Shown here: positions 45,888 to 55,245 of the stretch, piece after piece
How positions within the stretch are numbered: the first letter of the stretch is position 1
Layout: every line of letters starts with the position of its first letter
IMG/VR virus record: IMGVR_UViG_3300047496_000262
Span: 1-64,000 of that record
Source of the DNA: a virus
Reading direction: 5' to 3' (one strand)
Length of the DNA stretch: 64,000 nt
Made by a program: the position numbers and the translations under genes
Notes under the pieces: model-generated
What the model was told of the DNA's origin: nothing
Database searches by the model: none
Seen by the model: only the letters and a program-made list of their open reading frames with translations

Positions 45888-45949
45888 GCCCGTTTTGTAA
45901 CAGAGCCGATATCAGCGGCAGGACCGTCTTACACCGAAGGAGATCCATC

Positions 45950-46192
45950 ATGGCGATGAAGCCCCCGTCGAAGAATATCGCGACCAGCCTGAAGTCGCAG
46001 CGCAACTCCGGCGGCCGTGGCCCGCAGAAGGTGATGGTCGGCACGCTGAATTACAGCGAGCCGGCGATGACGGTGCCGGGCGAAGGCATGACATCAAGCC
46101 CGGTTGGCGCCGACCGCGTCCGCCGCCCGCAGGACACCGCCGCCGTATTCGCGGTGCCCAACAGCATGAAAATGGGCGGCCGGTCCGAATAA
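45950..46192 (+). CDS. Small basic protein
   Basis: RBS GAAGGAG. Confidence 0.65.
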   Translation: MAMKPPSKNIATSLKSQRNSGGRGPQKVMVGTLNYSEPAMTVPGEGMTSSPVGADRVRRPQDTAAVFAVPNSMKMGGRSE

Positions 46193-46216
46193 GACCGCGC
46201 CTCAAGGGCTATCGTC

Positions 46217-46420
46217 ATGGCGATCACCAAGTCCAACCCGACGACCAAAACCGTGGCGATTGAAAACGGCACGATGAAGGACGCGCGGGTTCTGGACTGG
46301 GATAAATTCGCGGGCTTCGACCAAGGCATGTCGCGGATCCAGAAGCGCTATGACATGGGTCAGAAGAAGACGCCGACCGGGCCGGGCACGCTGAAGCCGT
46401 CCCGGGGCAAGCGGAGGTAA
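46217..46420 (+). CDS. Small basic protein
   Basis: Coding-like ORF in the operon. Confidence 0.6.
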   Translation: MAITKSNPTTKTVAIENGTMKDARVLDWDKFAGFDQGMSRIQKRYDMGQKKTPTGPGTLKPSRGKRR

Positions 46421-46426
46421 CAAGGC

Positions 46427-47659
46427 ATGTCGCTGATTATCGCACTCCAGGGCACGCCCGGTGTCTTTGACCCGCGCAACCCCACGCTGGTGCCGAATAC
46501 CGACGTGCCGGTGTTTACCGGGGCCTCGCTGGACCATGAGTCGCCGGCGGTATTCCTGACCAATAACCCGCGCGTGGCCGCGACCGGCACGGCCACCATC
46601 GGCGGCACTGTCACCACCAACGACGAGTTGACCATCGAGGTCACCAACACGGTGTTCGGTTCGGCCAACCCGCTGGTCGCGACCTACAAGACGGTGGGCG
46701 GCGACACGACATCGACCATTGCCACGGCCATCGCCAATCTGTTCAACGGCAACCAGACCTTTGTGCAGTACGGGCTGGAATGCTCGGTCGCGGCCAACGT
46801 CATCACCTTTAATCACGGCGGCCCGGTCGGCAATTTCACCACCCTGTCGCTGGTGAGCGAGCCGGATTCGATCACCATCACCGGTACGGCCACCGCCAAC
46901 GACGTGATGTACGCCAATTTCACCGGCCCTTATGCGCCGGGCGGCGTGCTGGTCAGCCAGTCGGTGACCGGCGGCTGGACCACGACCCAGATGGCGACCG
47001 CACTGGCCGCGGCGATCACCGCGAATGCGACCCTGAGCGCCGCCGGCATCACCGCAACCGCCGCCACCAACGTGGTCACTCTGACCGTGCCCGTGTCGCA
47101 GGAGCCAACCGTCGTCACCTCGTATGCGCTGCCGGCGACCGAGACCGCGACGATCACCGGTACCGTGGCGCAGGGCGACGTTCTGACCCTGACCTTTACC
47201 AACAGCAACCTGACTGGTTCGCCGGTCACGGTCAGCTATACCGCCCCCCTGGCCGCGACCACCACGACGCTGGCGACCGGACTGGCGGCGGCGATCAACG
47301 CCAACACCAATCTGGTGGCGTTCGGGCTATCGGCGACCTCGACCACGAATGTCGTCACCATCGCATTTCCGAACACCAAAGGCGCCATCACCTTTGCCCA
47401 GTCGGTCACCACCGGATCGGAAACGATCACGCTTTCCGGCAACGCGACCGAGGTGTTGACCTTTGGCACCAAGGCGACGGAGACGGTGACGTTTTCCAAC
47501 AGCGGGACCTTGACCGGCGGTTCCGGCCCGGTGGTGGCGATCAACAATTTCACCTTCACCTACAACAACAACACCATGGCCTTCTTCTACGGGCGCCCCT
47601 ACACGCTGGGCTATAATCTGGTCCAGGCGCTGGTGTCCGGCGGCATGGCGATCGTTTGA
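46427..47659 (+). CDS. Virion structural protein with three tandem copies of the shared domain
   Basis: Three repeats of ATI.GT...D.LT..F.......V.Y....T..T..AT.LAAAI..N. Confidence 0.8.
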   Translation: MSLIIALQGTPGVFDPRNPTLVPNTDVPVFTGASLDHESPAVFLTNNPRVAATGTATIGGTVTTNDELTIEVTNTVFGSANPLVATYKTVGGDTTSTIATAIANLFNGNQTFVQYGLECSVAANVITFNHGGPVGNFTTLSLVSEPDSITITGTATANDVMYANFTGPYAPGGVLVSQSVTGGWTTTQMATALAAAITANATLSAAGITATAATNVVTLTVPVSQEPTVVTSYALPATETATITGTVAQGDVLTLTFTNSNLTGSPVTVSYTAPLAATTTTLATGLAAAINANTNLVAFGLSATSTTNVVTIAFPNTKGAITFAQSVTTGSETITLSGNATEVLTFGTKATETVTFSNSGTLTGGSGPVVAINNFTFTYNNNTMAFFYGRPYTLGYNLVQALVSGGMAIV

Positions 47660-47702
47660 GCGTGGCCGGCGCTTCCGGGCGCTTGCCGGATTGGAGTGAT
47701 CG

Positions 47703-48329
47703 GTGGCGGTAAACCCGGTTGTCGTTAAGCAAACCGAAGGCGCGCCTGGATTTTACAAGCCCTGCGCCCGCTGTAACGCCCCGGTTCATATCCGCCGCAA
47801 GATCTGCCAGACCTGTGGGTTCGACCGCCCCCGCGACAAGACCTATGAGGCCCCGGACCCCGCACCGCCGGAATGGACCGATGCAAAACCGGTCCCCTTT
47901 GAGGAGCCCATCCCGTACCTGCCAGGAGATCCCCTGCCGATGTCGACCACGATTGAAACCAGAGAGAGCGAAGCGCCGCGCCGCAGCTTTGGCAATATGG
48001 CCGCACCCCGAGCCGAGCCACAGACCCCGGTCGAGAACATCGTGCCGGCCAATGTGGTGCCAGCCAATGTCGTGCCGGTCCGGACGATGGCAGGACCTGG
48101 CCGGCCGCCCCGATCCCTGCCGCCCAATCCGCATCACATGGTGTTCGTCAAGGATTTCACCGGATCCCTGCCGTCGGGTGTCACCGTCGTCGCCAAGCGC
48201 GGCCGGACGATTTCCGACCCGCTGACCATTCAGGGCCTGTTGGCGATTCAGGCCCCGATCGCGCCCGCGGGAGATCTGGGCAAGTTCCATGTCTGCCCGC
48301 ATTGCGGCACCGTCAGCCATCTGGATTGA
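47703..48329 (+). CDS. Zn-finger, Pro-rich protein
   Basis: CARC...CQTCG and C-terminal CPHCG. Confidence 0.7.
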   Translation: MAVNPVVVKQTEGAPGFYKPCARCNAPVHIRRKICQTCGFDRPRDKTYEAPDPAPPEWTDAKPVPFEEPIPYLPGDPLPMSTTIETRESEAPRRSFGNMAAPRAEPQTPVENIVPANVVPANVVPVRTMAGPGRPPRSLPPNPHHMVFVKDFTGSLPSGVTVVAKRGRTISDPLTIQGLLAIQAPIAPAGDLGKFHVCPHCGTVSHLD

Positions 48330-48350
48330 AAGCAGAAGGAGCAACGCATC

Positions 48351-48587
48351 ATGGCGACTAGGAAGGGACGCCCCACGGTGTCGGCCGCACCTGTTGCAGC
48401 GGCGCCGTCAAAGGCCAAGACCACGGGCGGTGCCGCGGGTGCTGGATTTCTGACGCCCACCCCGTCGATCACGGTCAGCGTGAGAAAGATAGCCAACGGC
48501 TTCGTCGCCTCGCGTTCTGGCATGGATGGCGAGAAGTATGTCAACCAGGAGCGTTTCTTCCCGGAAATGCCGAAGGCCGGCAAGTAG
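48351..48587 (+). CDS. Small basic protein
   Basis: RBS GAAGGAG; SVRKIANGFV motif. Confidence 0.65.
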   Translation: MATRKGRPTVSAAPVAAAPSKAKTTGGAAGAGFLTPTPSITVSVRKIANGFVASRSGMDGEKYVNQERFFPEMPKAGK

Positions 48588-48601
48588 ACCGGTGATACGC
48601 A

Positions 48602-49417
48602 ATGCTGACCCTGGCCGATCGGAGCAATTGTAGGCGCCACCTGGATTACCCGGTGATCGGCCTGCCCGTCACCTCGCCCATCGGCGGCACGCTGGGGCCG
48701 GGCACCTCGGGATATCGGTTTTTCGAGGCGTTCGGGTTCCTTGAATACCGCATGTCAAATTTGGACGTGGACGAAGAAGCCCGGGTGACCGGCAAGGCCT
48801 ATGGCGCGGTGGCGCTGGTGGGCTTGCAACCCAATCTGGGCGACACCCTGTCGGTCACGTTCAGCGGCGGCAACCTGACCTCGCCGGTGACGGTCACCGT
48901 TACCGCCCTGGCCCCGGTCGCCAATATGGACAACCGGCTGACCATCCTGGCGCAGATGGCGCAGGCGGTGACACAGAATGCGACGCTGGCCGCCGCCCAG
49001 ATCACCGCGGTATCGCCCTGGGGCAGCGGCCCCTGGCAACTGGCCGCGGTGCCGCTGGCCGAGATGGGCGTGCTGAGCCCGGTCGCCTTTACCATCACCG
49101 CCACCGGCACCGGCAATATCGCCCCCCAGGTGACCGCCCAGCCGCAGACCCTGGGCCCGGCCGCCTCGCTGAATGGCACCACCATGATCTATGGGTACCT
49201 GAATATCCTGGACGGGTTGGAAGGCGCCCATGCCGGTTCCAGCCAGAACCTGGACACCAAGCAGGCCGCCGTCTGGTACAGCCGGGCCAACGAGATCGGC
49301 CTGCGCATGAGCCTGTACCGCCAGTGGCAGGGCATGTTCAGCGATTTCATGGGCGTGCCGATCAACGTGTTCCGCCGCCAAAAGGCCCATCGGCACGGCG
49401 CCATCCGGTACGCCTGA
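48602..49417 (+). CDS. Putative head-tail adaptor with inserted domain
   Basis: NCRRHLDYP...GFLEYRMSNL...YLNILDGLE...NLDTKQAAVW...FMGVP. Confidence 0.7.
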   Translation: MLTLADRSNCRRHLDYPVIGLPVTSPIGGTLGPGTSGYRFFEAFGFLEYRMSNLDVDEEARVTGKAYGAVALVGLQPNLGDTLSVTFSGGNLTSPVTVTVTALAPVANMDNRLTILAQMAQAVTQNATLAAAQITAVSPWGSGPWQLAAVPLAEMGVLSPVAFTITATGTGNIAPQVTAQPQTLGPAASLNGTTMIYGYLNILDGLEGAHAGSSQNLDTKQAAVWYSRANEIGLRMSLYRQWQGMFSDFMGVPINVFRRQKAHRHGAIRYA

Positions 49418-49418
49418 T

Positions 49419-49634
49419 ATGGCGATGCTGCAACTGGACCCGATGATCCCGGTCGACACGGCCGGCGGGCCGGGGCAGGCGTTTCTGGTGATCGACTATA
49501 GCCAGGAGCATTTTGTGCTGTTCGGCGTGGCGCTGGACCGGCCGTGGAAAACCGCGTGTTGCGGCGAGGTTTGGTTCTTTCCCAACAGCGAGGTCCGGTT
49601 TCAGGCCAACCGGTCGATGGGGCGGACCCCATGA
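49419..49634 (+). CDS. Hypothetical phage protein
   Basis: MLQLDPMIPVDT..G.GQAFLVIDYSQEH...GEVWFFPNSEVR. Confidence 0.75.
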   Translation: MAMLQLDPMIPVDTAGGPGQAFLVIDYSQEHFVLFGVALDRPWKTACCGEVWFFPNSEVRFQANRSMGRTP

Positions 49635-50284
49635 CCACCTATGGCCTGATCGCGCAGAAGATCTGGACCGGCTATGCCAAGGCGGCGCAACGCCTGGGGC
49701 CGATTTTCACGATCTATCGCCCGAACTCGGCCACACAGCCGCTTCAGCCGTCCAGCGTGATCGCCACCTTGCCGGCGTCGTTTTCGGTTGATCCCAAATT
49801 CGTCCGCCCGCAGGATTACGGCAATGCCAGATGGACCTGTCTGGTGGACGGCAACATCACGCGGCCCGGCGATTATCTGTCGGGGAGCGAGGGCACCTGG
49901 TTCATCGCCCAGCAGCACATCATGCTGCCGATCTCGGCCGTGCTGTGCAACCGGACCGCCGATCTGCACCGCGCGGCGCAACAGACCGGCACCGGAATCA
50001 ACGGCTATGGCGGCAACACCTATGCGACCGAGCAGATCCTGTTGCAGGGCTGGCCGATGTCGATCCTGAAAGCGCCCTATGGCGCGCCGACCGAACTGAA
50101 ACTGCCGGGCGACACGGTCGAGCCGAAATGGAACATCCTGGTGCCGCTGCTGAACCCGGTGTTCGGCGTGACCTTTCAGACCCGCGATATCGTTGAGGAC
50201 GATCTGAGCCGCCGGTTTTTCGTGGAACTGGCCGAGTTGACCGAACTGGGCTGGCGCGTGTCGGCCCGTCAGGTGATGACCTGA
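49631..50284 (+). CDS. Putative head closure / neck protein
   Basis: KIWTGYAKAAQRLG...WFIAQQHIMLP...CNRT...AELTELGWR. Confidence 0.7.
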   Translation: MTTYGLIAQKIWTGYAKAAQRLGPIFTIYRPNSATQPLQPSSVIATLPASFSVDPKFVRPQDYGNARWTCLVDGNITRPGDYLSGSEGTWFIAQQHIMLPISAVLCNRTADLHRAAQQTGTGINGYGGNTYATEQILLQGWPMSILKAPYGAPTELKLPGDTVEPKWNILVPLLNPVFGVTFQTRDIVEDDLSRRFFVELAELTELGWRVSARQVMT

Positions 50285-50285
50285 G

Positions 50286-51161
50286 ATGGCCGATATTTCC
50301 GATGTCTATGCGGCGTTCTGCACGGCGATTCTGGCGGTGCTGTACCCATCCGGGGCACCGCAGCCCGGGATCGCCTCGCCGGTCACCGGCAGTGTGTGCC
50401 GGATCTACCCCGGCTGGCCCGCGGGCTATGAACTGGACGCCGATTTGCTGGCCGGCACGGTCAATGTGTCGGTGTTTTCGCCGCAAGGCGGGTTTCACAA
50501 CACCACCCGGTTCCCCCGGTCCTGGATCACCACCGGATCGGCCCCAACCACGCTCAGCGCCGCGGTTTCCGGCACCACCGTCACGTTTTCCGGCACCATG
50601 CCGTCGGCCGACGTGCAGAACGTGGCCGTCATCGTCGATAACGTGCCCTATGTCTATCAGACGGGGCAGTACGACACGCTGGCAACGGTGGCAGCCGGTT
50701 TGGCGACCGCGATCTCGGCCAACCGGACGGCAACAGCCAATGGCGCGGTGCTGACCATCCCCAACTCGCATCTGATCGTGGCGCGCATCGGCGGGGTGCA
50801 GACGGGCATTCTGCCAGTGCAGCAGGTTACCCGGAATTTCCAGGTCCATTTTTTCTGCAACAGCCCGGCGCAGCGCGATCTGGCCTCGGCCCCGGTGGTT
50901 TCGGCCCTGGCTTCGTCGATTTTCCTTAGCCTGAACGACGGCACCGGGGCCCGAATCATCCTGACCAACGATATCGTGCTGGATGTGGCGCAAAAACCGC
51001 TGTGCTATCGGCGGATCCTGGGCTTCTCGGTTGAGTTTTCCATCACTCAGGCGAGCACTTTCCCGCAAGCTGTGGTATTGAGTACGTCGGTACAGGGTGG
51101 TCAAGGTACCATAGGCAGTTTCACGGCGTCCGAACCGCCGATCGTGGTTTGGGAATCATGA
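50286..51161 (+). CDS. Putative tail terminator / completion protein
   Basis: MADISDV...LYP.G...CRIYPGWP...LDADL; position before the sheath gene. Confidence 0.7.
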   Translation: MADISDVYAAFCTAILAVLYPSGAPQPGIASPVTGSVCRIYPGWPAGYELDADLLAGTVNVSVFSPQGGFHNTTRFPRSWITTGSAPTTLSAAVSGTTVTFSGTMPSADVQNVAVIVDNVPYVYQTGQYDTLATVAAGLATAISANRTATANGAVLTIPNSHLIVARIGGVQTGILPVQQVTRNFQVHFFCNSPAQRDLASAPVVSALASSIFLSLNDGTGARIILTNDIVLDVAQKPLCYRRILGFSVEFSITQASTFPQAVVLSTSVQGGQGTIGSFTASEPPIVVWES

Positions 51162-51177
51162 GGGAGCGCTTGGCGAC

Positions 51178-51390
51178 ATGGCGCATCATTTGACGGTCCA
51201 GGCGATGTTCGAGTTCGAGGGCATCCGGTTCGAGCGCGGCGACCGCATCGACGAACCGGCGCTGGTCGAAGCGGTCCAGAAATCCCATCCGGGCCATGTG
51301 ACCCGCGTGCATGCGCGCGGCCTGATCGTGGATGAGCCGACACCGGTGGTCGATGTTCAGCCCATACCGGATGAGCCCGTAGATCAGTGA
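51178..51390 (+). CDS. Small hypothetical protein
   Basis: F...ERGDRIDEP motif, typical of small ORFs before sheath genes. Confidence 0.65.
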   Translation: MAHHLTVQAMFEFEGIRFERGDRIDEPALVEAVQKSHPGHVTRVHARGLIVDEPTPVVDVQPIPDEPVDQ

Positions 51391-51471
51391 TTTGACAGTA
51401 CACGGACCCGGACGGTGTGAGCGCACCGACCGGGTCCTGACCAACGATAACCCTGGATTGGACAGGATCAC

Positions 51472-51729
51472 ATGGCTGATGAGCATGATACCAAGCGTTG
51501 TGGGCGTTGTAACGAGGAGAAGCCGGTTGATGAGTTTCCTGGCGACAAGCGGCGGATTGATGGGCGCTATCCATGGTGCAAGCCATGCTGTTGCGACTAT
51601 CAGCGCGTCTTGCGAATTGCCAGAAACGCCAAGAGATCAAATTTGCAGGTCACTTGTGTATCCTGTAACAGGAAGAAACAGGCCCAAGACCCGATTGTTT
51701 TTGCCAATTCGATTGGGCTTCTTATTTAA
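51472..51729 (+). pseudogene. Internally deleted HNH endonuclease relic
   Basis: Zn finger KRCGRCNEEKP..EF...PWCKPC fused directly to the HNH tail NLQVTCVSCNRKK..DP; the catalytic DH core is absent; lower GC. Confidence 0.6.
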
Positions 51730-51756
51730 CAGCACTTGTGTGCTGGGAGGTGCTCT

Positions 51757-53646
51757 GTGAGCCAGATTTCCTATACAGGTAGTTTCAATTCCGGCACCCT
51801 GATTGTCCCGGATTTCTACCTGAACATCCAGGCGCCGCAATCCGGGGTGATCCCGCCCGCGCCGTTTGGCCGGGTGGGGGTTGTCGGGATTGCCGGCTGG
51901 GGTCCGGTCAACAAGGCGACGCTGATTTCGGGTACCGGCATTTCGATGTTCGGCAACCTGACCAACCGGACCTACGATCTGGTCACGGCGGCGACCATCG
52001 TCCTGCAATCGCAAGGGGCGGCGGGGCTGGGTGCCAACATGACCGTGGTGCGGGTGACCGACGGGACCGACACGGCGGCCACCGCCTCGGTCGGCGGCAC
52101 CAGCTTCACCAAGGAAACCGCCACGATCGGCGGTACCATCACCAACGGCGATGCGGTCAGGATCACCGCGACCTCGTCCGGCATCACCGGTTCCCCGGTG
52201 ACCGTTTCCTATGCGGTCGGTGCCAGTGACACGGTCTCGACCATCGCCGCCGGGTTGAAGGCGCTGATCAACGCCAACAGCGCGTTCCAGGCGGTGAACC
52301 TGACCGCGACCGTGGTGGGTGCTGTCGTCACCATCGTCTATCCGACCAGCCTGACCGTGACCTGGAGCCAAGCCGTCACCGGGAGTGCGACGGAGACCGT
52401 GACCCTGGCCGCCGGCACCGCCACGGTCTATGGCGCCACCTTTACCTCGTACTACACCGGGTCCTATGGCAACCAGACGGCCGTGACCATCGGCACCGGA
52501 TCGGCCATCGGCACCTTTAAGGTCACCATCACCGTGCCCAATATCGGGTCGGAGACCTATAACAACATCACCGGCAGCGGCACCACGTTCTGGACCAATC
52601 TGTGCAACGCCATCAACAACGGGCAAAGCGCCATCCGCGGCCCGTCGCAGTTGATCAGCGCCACGCTGGGCCAGTCGAATGTAGCCCCCACCCCGGCCAC
52701 GACGACCCTCAGCGGCGGCACCGACGGGGTGCTGACGCTGTCGTCATCCACCTTTATCGGGGTCGACGTGGTGCCGCGGACCGGGATGTATGCGCTGCGC
52801 AACTCGCAGTGCAGCGACGCGTTTATCGCCGATATGTCCGACACGACGCAGGAAAGCGCCCAATTGCTGTTCGGCCAGTCGGAAGGCATCCTGATGCACG
52901 CCGCTGGCCCACCGGGCGAGACCCCGGCCACGGCGCAGACCACCAGGTCCAGTGTCGGCACCGATAACCAGTGGTTCAAGCGCTATCTGGGCGATTGGTG
53001 CTATTGGCAGGACAACACCAATAACGTCCGCCGGTTGCTGGCACCGCAGGTATTCGGTGTTGCCACCATGTGTACCCTCCAGCCGCAGCAATCGGCACTC
53101 AACCAGCAGACCCCGGCGGTGCTGGCGACCCAGCGCAGCCTGACCGGCAGCGCCTATGCCAATGACGAGTTGGCGACGCTGACCCTGTCGGACATCGAGG
53201 TCATCTGCAACCCGATCCCGGCCGGGGCCTCGTTCGGGTGCCGCATCGGCCTGGTGTGTTCGTCGAACGATGCCGCCAACACCGATAACTGGCCGCGCCT
53301 GACCAGCTTTATCGCGCGCTCGCTGACCGGGCCGGGGGCCTTGGGCACCCTGATCGGCCAGCCCATCACGCCGCAATTCTTCACCAACGGCTATGGCATG
53401 TTGCAGGCGTTCTTCGCGCAACTGGCGGGGACCACGCCGGCCACGATCAGCGGCTACAACATCCTGTTCGGCACCGCCAACAACCCGCAAAGCCAGACCT
53501 CGCGCGGCATCGTGACCGCCCAGGTTTGGGTCCAGTATCTGGGGATTGCCCGGATCTTCGTGGTCAACATGCAGACCGGGGCGACCGTCGTGCTGCCGGC
53601 CAATAACGATGCACCGCCGGCCTCGCTGTTGCAGCTTGCCGCGTGA
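51757..53646 (+). CDS. Contractile tail sheath protein
   Basis: GSFNSGTLIVPDFYLNIQAP...GVVGIAGWGPVN...VRVTDGTD...LSGGTDG...RTGMYALR. Confidence 0.88.
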   Translation: MSQISYTGSFNSGTLIVPDFYLNIQAPQSGVIPPAPFGRVGVVGIAGWGPVNKATLISGTGISMFGNLTNRTYDLVTAATIVLQSQGAAGLGANMTVVRVTDGTDTAATASVGGTSFTKETATIGGTITNGDAVRITATSSGITGSPVTVSYAVGASDTVSTIAAGLKALINANSAFQAVNLTATVVGAVVTIVYPTSLTVTWSQAVTGSATETVTLAAGTATVYGATFTSYYTGSYGNQTAVTIGTGSAIGTFKVTITVPNIGSETYNNITGSGTTFWTNLCNAINNGQSAIRGPSQLISATLGQSNVAPTPATTTLSGGTDGVLTLSSSTFIGVDVVPRTGMYALRNSQCSDAFIADMSDTTQESAQLLFGQSEGILMHAAGPPGETPATAQTTRSSVGTDNQWFKRYLGDWCYWQDNTNNVRRLLAPQVFGVATMCTLQPQQSALNQQTPAVLATQRSLTGSAYANDELATLTLSDIEVICNPIPAGASFGCRIGLVCSSNDAANTDNWPRLTSFIARSLTGPGALGTLIGQPITPQFFTNGYGMLQAFFAQLAGTTPATISGYNILFGTANNPQSQTSRGIVTAQVWVQYLGIARIFVVNMQTGATVVLPANNDAPPASLLQLAA

Positions 53647-53661
53647 TAGAGGGCCAGGGCC

Positions 53662-54117
53662 ATGTCCGATCTTCGCTATAATGTCGGTTCCGACGGCGCG
53701 TCGGTGGTGATTTCGATCACCAACGCGCAGACCAACGCCATGTACTACGCCAGTTGGACGATCCCGACCGAGTTCGACAGCAGACAGAGAACCGCGCAGC
53801 TTGAATCCATCGCGATCGACGGCACGCCCCGGTTTCGCGACCTGGAGGAAGGCTGGGAAGGCTCCATCACCTTCGACAAGGGCAGCGATAATTTCGACGC
53901 CTTCATCGCCGCCAAGGAAGCCGCCCGCTATGCCGGCCAGGAGCCGCCCTTCATCTCGATCCTGCAAACCATCGCCGACCCGAACGGCAACCCGTCGGCG
54001 ATTTATCGGTTTGACGGGGTGACGTTGCGCGAGGAAGATGCCGGGCGCTATACCGGCAACACCAAGGTCACCCAGCGTGTGGCGTGGCGGGCCAGTTTCC
54101 GCGTGAAGGTGCAGTAG
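53662..54117 (+). CDS. Tail tube protein
   Basis: 151 aa directly after the sheath; GWEGSITF...YRFDGVTL. Confidence 0.8.
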   Translation: MSDLRYNVGSDGASVVISITNAQTNAMYYASWTIPTEFDSRQRTAQLESIAIDGTPRFRDLEEGWEGSITFDKGSDNFDAFIAAKEAARYAGQEPPFISILQTIADPNGNPSAIYRFDGVTLREEDAGRYTGNTKVTQRVAWRASFRVKVQ

Positions 54118-54154
54118 GCGGCACCCTTAACCCCTAAGAGAAAGACCGGTTGCG

Positions 54155-54556
54155 ATGGTACAGCGCGTTGAAATGGTCCGGCCGGTCGAGCCCCAGGGGC
54201 AAAGCGATTCGCCCGCGCGGCGGCAGGTGGCGGCGGCCAACGAGATCGTGCGGGTGACCGATTCGACCGGCAAGGAGATCGGCATCCGCCGCCAGACCGC
54301 GCTGGAAAAGGCGCTGTTGCTGAAAGGGCTGGGCGCCAATGCGGCCTCCGGCCCTTATGTGCAACTGGCCGCGGTGGCATCCCATGTGGTCGAGATCGAC
54401 GGCGCGCCCGTACCGCCCGCGCGGAACGACCGGCAAGTCGATGCGATTATCGCGCGGCTGGGCGATGAAGGGCTGGAGGCGGTGGCCGAGGCGTTCCCGC
54501 TGATCTATCCGCAGGTCGACCGGGATCAGGAGATCCAACTGGCAAAAAACTCCTGA
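54155..54556 (+). CDS. Tail assembly chaperone (gpG-like)
   Basis: VTDSTGKEI...IDGAPVP...RLGDEGLEAV; ends in the slippery heptamer A AAA AAC. Confidence 0.8.
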   Translation: MVQRVEMVRPVEPQGQSDSPARRQVAAANEIVRVTDSTGKEIGIRRQTALEKALLLKGLGANAASGPYVQLAAVASHVVEIDGAPVPPARNDRQVDAIIARLGDEGLEAVAEAFPLIYPQVDRDQEIQLAKNS

Positions 54557-54717
54557 CGGACGCCCAGTTCCGGGACGTTCATGTCCTGGTCAAACAGGGC
54601 GTCCCGTGGGATGTGGCGTGGTCGATGGGTTCGGGCGAGCGACTGGCCTCGCTGGTGGCGCTAGGCGAGGCCGATGGCGGCACCTGGAACTGGGACCGCA
54701 TGGACTGGAAGAAGTGA
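54544..54717 (+). CDS. -1 frameshift extension of the tail chaperone (gpGT-like)
   Basis: The -1 frame after AAAAAAC (54544-54550) reads LLTDAQFRDVHVLVKQGVPWDVAWSM...GGTWNWDRMDWKK*. Confidence 0.8.
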   Translation, partial: KKLLTDAQFRDVHVLVKQGVPWDVAWSMGSGERLASLVALGEADGGTWNWDRMDWKK

Positions 54718-54726
54718 GCTTGCCCC

Positions 54727-55242
54727 ATGCGTGAGTTCGATAGCTTTAGCCGATTTGCCCGCGCGCTGAACGCCGATGCCAACCGGCTGGGCAACAACAT
54801 CGCCGCCAGCATGAAGGTGATCGCCCGCGATACCGCCGCCGTCGCCAAGGCCAAGATCGCCACATATCAGCCGGGCTTTGAAGCCGAGGACGATGACGGG
54901 ATGGTGGTCTTTCCCGAATGGCGCCCGTTGGCGGACAGCACCCTGCTGGAAAAGTGGGAACTGGGCTATTCGCCGCCCGACAACCCGCTGTTGCGCACCG
55001 GGCAATTGCGGCAATCCATCGGCGGCAAAGCCGGGCGCGCGCTGGGCTATGGCACCGAGCATTTTGCCACCGTCTATTCGACCGACCCCATCATGCTGGA
55101 GCACGAGTTCGGGACCCACCGCAACGGCAAAGAGCATGTGCCGCCCCGGCCGGTGATCGGCGCGGCCATGGCCGAACGGATGGACCATAATCTGCAACTG
55201 GTGCTGATCGCGATCGACAAGACTTTCGTAGGCGGTGGGTGA
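54727..55242 (+). CDS. Virion morphogenesis / neck protein (HK97 gp10-like)
   Basis: WRPLADST...PLLRTGQLRQSI...EHEFGT...PPRPVIG. Confidence 0.8.
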   Translation: MREFDSFSRFARALNADANRLGNNIAASMKVIARDTAAVAKAKIATYQPGFEAEDDDGMVVFPEWRPLADSTLLEKWELGYSPPDNPLLRTGQLRQSIGGKAGRALGYGTEHFATVYSTDPIMLEHEFGTHRNGKEHVPPRPVIGAAMAERMDHNLQLVLIAIDKTFVGGG

Positions 55243-55245
55243 TCC

